A DNA stretch of 17,841 nt from Candidatus Sumerlaeia bacterium (lineage in GTDB: Bacteria; Sumerlaeota; Sumerlaeia; SLMS01), in NCBI GenBank assembly GCA_038208905.1, contig JBBQYG010000074.1:1-17841 (forward strand). The letters run 5' to 3'. Under the pieces are notes generated by a model, which saw only the letters and a list, made by a program, of their open reading frames with translations, had not been told where the DNA came from and made no database searches. Positions 8,571 to 15,981 of the stretch are shown here, piece after piece (position 1 is the first letter of the stretch; each line of letters opens with the position of its first letter). The translations under genes and the position numbers were made by a program.

Positions 8571-8715
8571 TAGAGTGACTCCCGAAAGTCCTGTCGTATT
8601 CCAACGTAGCTTGGGCGTCTCGCCCGAGCCCCGTCGCCCCCACACGCGGGCAAGATGCCCACGATACTCTTTTACGGCGTCCTCCATCGCGACAAGACTT
8701 TCGAGAACCGCTCTA
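8571..8715. mobile_element. Non-autonomous MITE (family A), 143 bp net, TA duplication, 26-bp imperfect terminal inverted repeats
   Basis: Left end TAGAGTGACTCCCGAAAGTCCTGTCG vs reverse complement of right end TAGAGCGGTTCTCGAAAGTCTTGTCG (21/26). Precise excision restores the host reading frame. Confidence 0.88.
8606..8667. repeat. Inverted GTAG-type REP doublet (REPIN-like) inside the MITE
   Basis: GTAGCTTGGGCGTCTCGCCCGAGC (8606-8629) and, on the minus strand, GTATCGTGGGCATCTTGCCCGCG (8645-8667). Both match the REP at 13865-13888. Confidence 0.72.
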
Positions 8716-9145
8716 ATATCCTCGCAATCACCGACCTTGCTCTCCGGGCGCTCACTTCCCCAGCCCGACCTGATGCTGGTTCGCCGCAGGAAGGATTGCT
8801 ATCTGGGCGGCCACCCCCAGCCGAAGGACGTGTACCTGATCGTCGAGATTGCGGAATCATCCCTCGCCTACGACCGCACGGTGAAGACCCGCCTCTACGC
8901 CAAGGCCGGAATCCCCGACTACTGGATCATCGATGCGAAGTCGCGCGCCGCGGAGGTCCACCGCGATCCGTCGCCGACGGGCTATCGCACGGTCGAGCGC
9001 GTCACGCGGCGCGGCACCGTGTCACCCGCCGCGTTTCCCGACGTGGGCATCGTGCTCCGGGAGCTTTTCCCGCCCGCCTGATTCCACCTTGACCTCTGGG
9101 GGTCGCGGGCGCGCCCATCGGGAAACGGGCGAAGGAGCCACACGC

Positions 9146-10651
9146 TTGCCAGTCAACACTCACCTCGACGAATTCATGGAGCACCATCGCCACGTCGGCC
9201 TGACCTACGACGATGTGTCGATGGTCACGCAGTACGCCGATTTCCTCCCGCCGGAGGCCGATCTTTCCACCAGCCTGACGCGGGAAATCCGCATGAACAT
9301 CCCCTTCGTCTCCGCCGCGATGGACACGGTGACGGAGGCGGAGATGGGCATCGCCATCGCCCTGGCCGGTGGTATCGGCATCATCCACAAGAATCTGGAT
9401 CCCGCGACCCAGCGCACCGAAGTCAAGCGCGTGAAGTACTACCTCAACGGGTTTCTGGTGAAGGCGCGCACGATCACGCCGGAGATGACCGTGGGCGAGG
9501 TGGAGGCGCTAAAGAAGGAGAAGGGATTCCACTTCTCCAGCTTCCCCGTGCTCGACGAAAACCGCAAGCTCCTCGGCATCGTCACCGGCTCCCAGTTCCG
9601 CTATGCCGACGAGCCCAATGTCTGCATACGCGACATCATGGTAACCAACACCGTGACGGCGCCCGTGGGCGCGTCGGTTCAAGAGGCCTACCAGACGCTC
9701 CTCAAGCACAAGATCAGCATCCTTCCCGTGGTGGATCGCCACGGCGTTTTCGTCGGCATGTACTGCTTCAAGGACGTTCACCGCATCATCCACGACCAGA
9801 ACGGAATGCAGTGCGTGGACGAGCGCTACTCGCTCCGCGTGGGCGCCGCCGTGGGGCCCGCGGACCACGAGCGCGTGGAGTGCCTGCTGGAAACACACCT
9901 GGACATCGTCGTGATCGACACCGCCCACGGCCACAGCAAGGGCGTGATCGAGATGGTCAAATGGGTGAAGAAAAAGTATCCCTACCTCCAGGTCGTCGCC
10001 GGCAACATCGCCACCGGCGACGCCGCCAAGGCGCTGGCCGAGGCCGGCGCCGACGCGGTGAAGGTTGGCATCGGGCCCGGCTCCATCTGCACCACGCGCG
10101 TCGTCACCGGCGTTGGCATTCCGCAATTCAGCGCAATCCACGAGGCGGCACGTGCCCTCCGCGGCACCGGCGTCGCGGTCATCGCCGACGGCGGCATCAA
10201 GCAGAGCGGCGACGTGCCCAAGGCCCTGGCCGCGGGCGCCAACTGCGTGATGATGGGCTCGACTCTCGCGGGGACCGAGGAAAGCCCCGGAGAGCGCGTC
10301 GTGATCGGCGGACGCCAGTACATCGCCTATCGCGGCATGGGCTCCCTGGGCGCGATGACCCAGCGCTATGGCAGCGCCGACCGCTATGGACAGAAGGACG
10401 TGACCGACCGCAAGCTGGTGCCCGAGGGGATCGAGGGCCTTGTCCCCTACTCCGGCCCCGTGTCGGCGGTGCTGCATCAGTTCGCCGGCGGCCTTCGCGC
10501 GTCGATGGGCTACAACGGCTGCCGCACGATCACGGAGCTTCAGGAGCGCGCCCGCCTGATCCGCATCACCGAATCCGGCAAGCGCGAGGCCCACCCCCAC
10601 GACATCGAATACATCAAGGACGCGCCCAACTACCGCGTCGAGAAAGGCTAG
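9146..10651 (+). CDS. guaB: Inosine-5'-monophosphate dehydrogenase (with CBS subdomain)
   Basis: [33 protein letters not shown], catalytic [35 protein letters not shown] and APNY. AAGGAG lies 8 nt before TTG 9146 (alternative ATG 9176). Confidence 0.97.
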   Translation: MPVNTHLDEFMEHHRHVGLTYDDVSMVTQYADFLPPEADLSTSLTREIRMNIPFVSAAMDTVTEAEMGIAIALAGGIGIIHKNLDPATQRTEVKRVKYYLNGFLVKARTITPEMTVGEVEALKKEKGFHFSSFPVLDENRKLLGIVTGSQFRYADEPNVCIRDIMVTNTVTAPVGASVQEAYQTLLKHKISILPVVDRHGVFVGMYCFKDVHRIIHDQNGMQCVDERYSLRVGAAVGPADHERVECLLETHLDIVVIDTAHGHSKGVIEMVKWVKKKYPYLQVVAGNIATGDAAKALAEAGADAVKVGIGPGSICTTRVVTGVGIPQFSAIHEAARALRGTGVAVIADGGIKQSGDVPKALAAGANCVMMGSTLAGTEESPGERVVIGGRQYIAYRGMGSLGAMTQRYGSADRYGQKDVTDRKLVPEGIEGLVPYSGPVSAVLHQFAGGLRASMGYNGCRTITELQERARLIRITESGKREAHPHDIEYIKDAPNYRVEKG

Positions 10652-10657
10652 GCCGCC

Positions 10658-10957
10658 ATGTCCAACCTGCTCGCCGTGAAATGCCCCGACTGCAAGCTGA
10701 TCCTGATGGTGGATCCCAAGACCGGCGAGGTGATCGAGGTCCAGCGCAAGATCATCGACGACACCACCGGCGACCGCTTCGAGGACGCCCGCCAGAAAGT
10801 CAAATCCGCCCACGAACGCGCCGAGCAGAAATTCGCCGACGCCAAGAAAAAGGAATCCGAACGCTTCGCCAAGCTCGACGCCCTCTTCAACGAGAAGAAG
10901 GAAGAACTCAAGGACCAGCCGCTCGAAAGACCGGATCGTCCCTTCGACCGGGACTGA
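10658..10957 (+). CDS. Small hypothetical protein: N-terminal CxxC knuckle plus charged coiled coil
   Basis: VKCPDCKLILMVDPKTGEVI followed by an E/K-rich helix. Starts 6 nt after the guaB stop; strong codon bias. Confidence 0.8.
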   Translation: MSNLLAVKCPDCKLILMVDPKTGEVIEVQRKIIDDTTGDRFEDARQKVKSAHERAEQKFADAKKKESERFAKLDALFNEKKEELKDQPLERPDRPFDRD

Positions 10958-10972
10958 TCGGGGAGGGACGAA

Positions 10973-11431
10973 GCGGTACGTATATACATGGACAGCCGCT
11001 GCTGCAACCGGCTCTTTGACGACCCTTCGCAGGAGCGGGTGCGGTAGGAGGCGTTGGCTGTTCAAGTCATCCTCGAGCAGGTCCTGGCGGGTGAGCTGAC
11101 GCTCATCTGGGGGGACTTTCTCCAGCTCGAATTGCAGAGGGGACGTGACCTGAATAGGCGGCTCTCGTGCCTTGCCTTCTTGCGGCAAGCGGAAATCCAC
11201 GTCCGACAGAGCGACGAGCTACTACAGTGCGCCAAACGCCTCGAACCATTGGGATCGAAGGAGATGGATGTCGCCCACGTCGCCGGAGCGGCGGTCGGGG
11301 CAGCGAATATTTTTCTGACAGTTGACGATGAACTATTGCGCAAGGGGCGCCGTATCCTGCAGATTGTGGGTGTTCCCATCGCCCCGCCCTTTAGGTGGCT
11401 GCGGGAAATGAGACAAGGGGGTGAGCCATGA
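10973..11431 (+). pseudogene. PIN-domain (VapC-like) toxin with in-frame premature TAG (11045-11047)
   Basis: One frame reads VRIYMDSRCCNRLFDDPSQERVR*EALAVQVIL...EMDVAHVAGAAVGAANIFLTVDDELLRK, matching the IYLDxCCxNRPFDD..Q..R.E type of PIN protein. GGAGG at 10962-10966 is followed by GCG/GTA, so the start codon may be mutated. Confidence 0.82.
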
Positions 11432-11664
11432 GATCAGTGGTCGAGATGACACCCATCCAGCTCCGCGCTGCCGCTCACGATGCCATCCTACGAGAACTCG
11501 GAGTTGTCGGCCTCGTTAGGTACCAGCGGACAATCACGCCGTGCGAGGGGGACTACGCCCGCGACCGTTGGGATATCCTACCGAAGTACGGGTCCATCGA
11601 GGAGGTTTTCGCGGATGCGCGAGTGGCCGAGGAAGAACTGAGGGAACAGGGACTCATTTCCTGA
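11428..11664 (+). CDS. Small putative antitoxin (PIN-associated, GDY..R motif), copy 1
   Basis: ATGA overlap with the PIN gene. QLRAAAHDAILRELGVVGLVRY...GDYARDRW pattern. Confidence 0.72.
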   Translation: MRSVVEMTPIQLRAAAHDAILRELGVVGLVRYQRTITPCEGDYARDRWDILPKYGSIEEVFADARVAEEELREQGLIS

Positions 11665-11677
11665 GTGAGGACTCGCC

Positions 11678-11941
11678 ATGGCTCAGGACACCACGGACAC
11701 GACAAATCACCAGCTCCGCCAGGCCGCTATCGACGCCCCACCGATGGACTTGGGCTATTCTGGGCCCGCTCGCTATTTGCAGGATCAGTCCAATGGCAAC
11801 GGTGACTACACCAAGGATCGATGGCAGTGGCTCACCGAGCACGTGAGCGACGAAGAGTTCTTCAAGGATGTGAAAGAGACCGCTGCGCGCGCCCGCAAGC
11901 AACGGGTGCAAGTCGGCGATCCTCCCGCGATGCCCAAGTAG
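11678..11941 (+). CDS. Small putative antitoxin, paralogous copy 2 (possibly decaying)
   Basis: GAGG RBS. Ungapped alignment to 11428-11664 gives 27/74 identical residues (QLR.AA.DA....LG..G..RY, GDY..DRW..L....S.EE.F.D). Confidence 0.68.
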   Translation: MAQDTTDTTNHQLRQAAIDAPPMDLGYSGPARYLQDQSNGNGDYTKDRWQWLTEHVSDEEFFKDVKETAARARKQRVQVGDPPAMPK

Positions 11942-11947
11942 CCCACC

Positions 11948-12634
11948 ATGCCCTCCATCACCGCCGAGTGGAAATCCGGAGCCCCCGCGCCCGCGTGGCG
12001 AGAGATCCTCCGCCCCGAATTCGGCAAGCCGTATATGCACGACCTGATCGCGTTCCTCGACGCGGAGATCGCGGAGCACCGCATACATCCGAATCCCGCC
12101 AACATCTTCCGCGCGTTTTCCCTGACCGACTTCGCCGCCGTCCGCGTGGTGATTCTGGGGCAGGACCCCTATCCCACGCCGGGCCACGCGCATGGGTTGG
12201 CGTTCAGCGTGGAGGAGGGCGTCGAAATCCCGCGCTCGCTCCAGAACATCTTCAAGGAAATCCAGAGCGACATCGGCACGCCGCCCCCGCGCGGCGGCAA
12301 CCTCGAGCGCTGGTCGCGCCAAGGCGTCTTCCTGCTCAACACCGCGCTCACCGTGCGCTCGGGCGCGTCGGAGTCCCACAAGGGACGCGGGTGGGAGCCC
12401 TTCACCTCCCGCGCCATCGAGGCTCTCGCCGCGCGGCCAGAGCCGCTGGTCTTCATGCTCTGGGGCCGCAACGCGCGCGACAAGGCGCCGCTCATCGACG
12501 CGACCCGCCACCTCGTCCTCGAGGCCCCCCACCCCAGCCCCCTCTCCGCCGACCGGGGCTTCTTCGGCTGCCGCCATTTCTCCCGCGCCAACGAATTCCT
12601 GCGCAAGCACGGCGCGGCGGAGATTGCGTGGTAG
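11948..12634 (+). CDS. ung: Uracil-DNA glycosylase, family 1
   Basis: VVILGQDPY, AHGLAFSV, PRSLQNIFKE, QGVFLLNTALTV, SHKGRGWEPFT, VFMLWG and HPSPLSA. Confidence 0.97.
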   Translation: MPSITAEWKSGAPAPAWREILRPEFGKPYMHDLIAFLDAEIAEHRIHPNPANIFRAFSLTDFAAVRVVILGQDPYPTPGHAHGLAFSVEEGVEIPRSLQNIFKEIQSDIGTPPPRGGNLERWSRQGVFLLNTALTVRSGASESHKGRGWEPFTSRAIEALAARPEPLVFMLWGRNARDKAPLIDATRHLVLEAPHPSPLSADRGFFGCRHFSRANEFLRKHGAAEIAW

Positions 12635-12657
12635 GGGGCCCTCCGGCTTCCCCATGC

Positions 12658-13050
12658 GGCCTCGTCTCGGCGCCGCCACCGGAGGACACCCTGCTCAGCA
12701 TCCCCGACGCCGGCATCGACCTGGACTAGGCTGTGTCTGATTAATGGCTTCGAGCTGGTCCGGTGAGCGAGAACGAGTCATAACGATGGTGCCGATGACG
12801 AGGCGATGTGGTTCATCGTTGAGGAATCGCGACGCGTAGGGACGAAGGTTCGCAGCCATCGGAAAACCGAATGCAATTGTCAAACACAGCCTAAGTGGAG
12901 AAGCGCTACGTGCTGGAGGCGCTCCGCCGCACCGACTGAAACCAGACCGATGCGGCCCGCCCCCTCGACATCAGCGTTGATCGCATGAACAACCGCGTGA
13001 AGAAGTGGAATCCGAAACACGAGACATGGAGAGTAAACAGGGGCGGGGAG
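12658..13050 (+). pseudogene. Relic of a Fis-type HTH C-terminus (sigma-54-dependent activator type), split by a MITE
   Basis: Removing the MITE gives LSIPDAGIDLD*VEKRYVLEALRRTD*NQTDAARPLDISVDRMNNRVKKWNPKHETWRVNRG, with two nonsense codons and no N-terminal domains. Confidence 0.75.
12727..12893. mobile_element. Non-autonomous MITE (family B), copy 1; 165 bp net, TA duplication
   Basis: Ends TAGGCTGTGTCTGA...TCAAACACAGCCTA (13/14 inverted match). 157/167 identical to 16530-16696. Confidence 0.9.
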
Positions 13051-13066
13051 TGCGAGAAAAAAAAGA

Positions 13067-13203
13067 TTCACCGCCGAGTCACAGAGGTCGCGGAGAAAAA
13101 CAGAGGGTGATCGCGTTCAATCACTTGCGGGAGGAATTGCGCCAATCGTTTCACCGGATGGGCAGGAGACCCTCTCAGTGTACTCCGTGCGCTCCGTGGT
13201 TAA
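13067..13203. repeat. Inverted pair of 8-9-nt-period CAC(A/G)GAG-type repeats
   Basis: Left arm TTCACCGCCGAGTCACAGAGGTCGCGGAGA (13067-13096). The reverse complement of the right arm (13172-13203) is TTAACCACGGAGCGCACGGAGTACACTGAGAG. Confidence 0.65.
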
Positions 13204-13256
13204 CAGCATTCGTTGTACATGCGCGACGCCCCATCCCTCATCCCTGCCGTTCATCC

Positions 13257-13904
13257 CTACTTCTTCCCGTACCGCCCCTGATACATCCTCAAGTCCTTGA
13301 TCACCGGCGCCAGTCCGTTGGCGAGGGATGGGTCGGCCTGGATGGCGCGGTCCCAGTAGTTGATGGCGGCGTCGTACTCGCCCAGCGCGTAGGACGTCTC
13401 GCCGAGGAGGCGGAGCGCCTGCGGCGACTCGGAGCGCAGCCGCAGCGCCTCCTGGGCAAACTTCTGGCAGTCGCCGATGCGGCCCCGGGCAAACGCGGCG
13501 GCGGCCTGGCCCTCGCGGGCGGTGGCGCTCTGGGGGAACTTCTGGGCCATTTCGTTATAGAGCGCCGTGGCGCCGCGATAGTGGCGCCCAGATAGGCGCG
13601 CGATGCCCGCGCCGTTCCAAGCCTCCTCCATCTCGGGCTTCAGGCGGCGAGCCTCGTCGAAGTGGCGAATCGCCTCGTAGGTCTGGTTCTCGTCCAGCTT
13701 CGCCTGGCCCATCAGGTAGTGCGCGTGCACGTTGTCGGCATTGGCGGAAAGCGCGCGGCCAAGGCGGTTCTGCTCGATGGCGGAACTCGTGCGGAATTGG
13801 AAGAGCGGTCCGCACCCGGCGAAAAGCAGGACGGCGGCGAGCAGCAGGACAGCGCGCAGGGCCGGCGCGGGCGAGACGCCCGCGCTACCTTGGATCGGCA
13901 TCAT
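13257..13904 (-). CDS. Tetratricopeptide-repeat lipoprotein
   Basis: Hydrophobic signal with lipobox LFAG-C. TPR-like units AHYLMG..EAIRHFDEARRLKPEMEEAWNGAG and ALRLLGETSYALGEYDAAINYWDRAIQADP. AGGAG RBS lies inside the obgE 3' end. Confidence 0.85.
   Translation of the reverse strand: MMPIQGSAGVSPAPALRAVLLLAAVLLFAGCGPLFQFRTSSAIEQNRLGRALSANADNVHAHYLMGQAKLDENQTYEAIRHFDEARRLKPEMEEAWNGAGIARLSGRHYRGATALYNEMAQKFPQSATAREGQAAAAFARGRIGDCQKFAQEALRLRSESPQALRLLGETSYALGEYDAAINYWDRAIQADPSLANGLAPVIKDLRMYQGRYGKK
13865..13888 (-). repeat. GTAG-type REP palindrome
   Basis: The minus strand reads GTAGCGCGGGCGTCTCGCCCGCGC: GTAG plus a perfect 9-bp stem with a 3-nt loop. Confidence 0.75.
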
Positions 13905-15012
13905 TCGGCGGAGGCTCCTGGAGGATAATGACGGGTTCGGTGAGGGCGCGGTCGGCGAGGACGATCTTCTCCAGCCGCATCTTCAGATCCTCGAGCTGGG
14001 TACTGTTTACTCCATCGCGGGCCGAGATCGGCAGGATCTCGATCCGGCGCGCCGCAAAGGCCGCGATGATGGCGGCGACTTCCTCGCCGGTCATCAGGTC
14101 GATCTTGGAGAGACACACGATCGTGGGCTTCTTGGGCAGGAGCGGGTTGTACTGGCTCAGCTCCGCGCAGACGAGGTCGTAGGCATACAGCAGCGCCTCG
14201 GGGTCCGCATTCACCAGCGTCATCTCTCCCTCCGCGGTCTCGCCGCTCTCGGGTCCGACCAGGTGAACCAGCACGCGCGTTCGCATGATGTGGCGCAGGA
14301 ACCGGTCGCCAAGGCCGGCACCGGTGTGGGCGCCCTCGATCAGGCCGGGGATGTCCGCGACGGTGATGCGCGTCTGGAAATCGGAGGCGAGACACACGCC
14401 CAGATTGGGAGAGAGCGTTGTGAAGGGATACGGCGCGATCTTGGGATTCGCGCTGGTGATCGCGGCCAGCAGCGTGGATTTCCCCGCGTTGGGGAGCCCC
14501 ACCAGCCCGGCGTCGGCGATGACCTTCAGCTCGAGGACTAGGTGGCGCTCCTGCCCCGGCCAGCCGGCCTCGGCCTTGCGCGGCGCCTTCATCGTGGCAC
14601 TGGCAAAGTGCTGGTTGCCGCGCCCGCCGTCGCCGCCGCGCGCCACCATCAGGCGCTCTCCGGGGATGGTCAGGTCGCCGATCTCCTCGCCGGTTTCCTG
14701 GTCCACGATGCTCGTGCCCAGGGGGACTTTCAACACAATGTCGTCGGCGCCACGCCCGCTCATCTGCTTCCCCTGGCCGTGATCGCCACGACCGGCGACC
14801 CAGCTTGGGCGCAGCTTGAAATCCAGCAGCGTGGTCATCTCGGCGTTCGCTTCGAGGTACACATGCCCCCCGCGACCGCCATCCCCGCCGGAGGGGCCGC
14901 CAAAGGGCTTACCCTTCTCACGCAGGAAACTGATACAGCCCACCCCGCCGTCACCCGCCTTGATGTGGATGCGGACGTAATCGACAAAGTGGTGCTTGTT
15001 GCCATCAGACAT
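13885..15012 (-). CDS. obgE: GTPase ObgE/CgtA
   Basis: FVDYVRIHIKAGDGG, GGPSGGDGGRGG, G1 GLPNAGKS, G2 YPFTT, G3 DIPGLIEGA, GLGDRFLRH, G4 SKID and G5 ISA. Start ATG 15012 is inferred. Confidence 0.96.
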   Translation of the reverse strand: MSDGNKHHFVDYVRIHIKAGDGGVGCISFLREKGKPFGGPSGGDGGRGGHVYLEANAEMTTLLDFKLRPSWVAGRGDHGQGKQMSGRGADDIVLKVPLGTSIVDQETGEEIGDLTIPGERLMVARGGDGGRGNQHFASATMKAPRKAEAGWPGQERHLVLELKVIADAGLVGLPNAGKSTLLAAITSANPKIAPYPFTTLSPNLGVCLASDFQTRITVADIPGLIEGAHTGAGLGDRFLRHIMRTRVLVHLVGPESGETAEGEMTLVNADPEALLYAYDLVCAELSQYNPLLPKKPTIVCLSKIDLMTGEEVAAIIAAFAARRIEILPISARDGVNSTQLEDLKMRLEKIVLADRALTEPVIILQEPPPNDADPR

Positions 15013-15086
15013 CGGTGCCGGTGCTCTCTCTGGCGCAGCCATCGCGCAATACATCAACCCATCGACTTCATCCCTGCCCCTGCCGT

Positions 15087-15704
15087 TCATCCCTGCTTTT
15101 TCATTCCCCGCTTGCCTTCAACCACCTTGTCCACCAGGTGATACGCCACCGCCTCCTCGGCGGACATAAAGTAGTCGCGCTCGGCGTCGGCGATGATCTT
15201 GTCCAGCGTCTGACCCGTGTGCTTGGCCAGAATGTCGTTCAGCATCGACTTGATGCGGAGCATCTCCCTCGCCTGGATCTCGATATCCGTGGCCTGACCC
15301 TGCATCCCGCCAGAGGGCTGATGGATCATAATGCGGCTATTGGGGAGCGTGAAGCGTTTCCCCGCGGCCCCCGCCGCCAGCAGGATCGCGCCCATGCTGG
15401 CCGCCTGGCCGATGCACGTGGTCGCCACGTCGGGCTTCACGAACTGCATCGTGTCATAGATAGCCAGGCCGGCCGTCACGCTGCCGCCGGGCGAGTTGAT
15501 GTACAGGTTGATGTCCTTCTCCGGGTCCTGAACCTCGAGAAAGAGAAGCTGGGCGGTGACAAGGGTCGCCACCGTGTCGTTAATCGGCGTGCCGATGAAG
15601 ATGATCCGGTCCACCAGCAACCGGCTAAAGATATCGAGCCCCCGCTCTCCGCGGTCGGTCTGCTCGATCACCATCGGCACGTCCATCATTCTGGGAGAAA
15701 TCAT
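15087..15704 (-). CDS. clpP: ATP-dependent Clp protease proteolytic subunit
   Basis: [39 protein letters not shown], and catalytic GQAASMG / MIHQP / ERD. Start at 15704 is inferred (GAGGA upstream). Confidence 0.97.
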   Translation of the reverse strand: MISPRMMDVPMVIEQTDRGERGLDIFSRLLVDRIIFIGTPINDTVATLVTAQLLFLEVQDPEKDINLYINSPGGSVTAGLAIYDTMQFVKPDVATTCIGQAASMGAILLAAGAAGKRFTLPNSRIMIHQPSGGMQGQATDIEIQAREMLRIKSMLNDILAKHTGQTLDKIIADAERDYFMSAEEAVAYHLVDKVVEGKRGMKKQG

Positions 15705-15790
15705 TGCGATCCGCCGTTCCTCGGGAATTACCTTGGCAGGAGTGGGCTCCACCCCCGGCAGGGGGGCAAGCACGTCTCGCGCCTGACGGC

Positions 15791-15898
15791 GGGGAATGGG
15801 GAACGGGATGAACAACCCGGCATACGGGTGGCAACTCGCTCCACGGCCATGAGGGGGCCGGTGTGCGGTACATCACCCATTCCCCATTCCCCATGCCC
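15791..15898. repeat. Inverted pair of 7-nt-period GGGAATG/CATTCCC repeats upstream of clpP
   Basis: ggggaatggggaacgggatgaa (15791-15812) and catcacccattccccattccccatgccc (15871-15898). Confidence 0.55.
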
Positions 15899-15981
15899 GG
15901 CCGTTCAACAATTCCTATTTACGGCGTTTCCCCCGCTCGCGATGTTTTCGCAACGATAGCCAACAGGAGAGTGAGTCCGCC

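Larger units (their letters stand above)
8348..9081 (+). pseudogene. Uma2-family (DUF820) restriction-endonuclease-fold protein, inactivated by a premature TAA (8483-8485) and a MITE insertion
   Basis: Removing 8573-8715 restores one frame: MSVATL...MVEAGIIGERERVELIEGAI*AMSPIGPRH...KGRLL|ISSQSP...PQPDLMLV...HPQPKDVYLIVEIAESSLAYDRTVKTRLYAKAGIPDYWIID. Confidence 0.9.

Noticed and set aside
11045..11047. TAG readthrough or recoding in the PIN gene (and TGA=Trp at 12937)
   Set aside because: TAG ends dgt, psd, guaB, ung and obgE, and TGA ends ubiX and clpP at the expected positions. The standard code applies and these are nonsense mutations.
110..12634. dGTPase + Uma2 + PIN + ung as an anti-phage defence island
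   Set aside because: The dGTPase is the short housekeeping-like type, Uma2 and PIN are pseudogenes, and the genes are scattered among core metabolism genes.
12695..12883. Paralogous small ORFs MTIAFGFPMAANLRP... here and within 16189-16749
   Set aside because: They are translations of the MITE. The differences between copies are largely non-synonymous, so there is no sign of coding selection.
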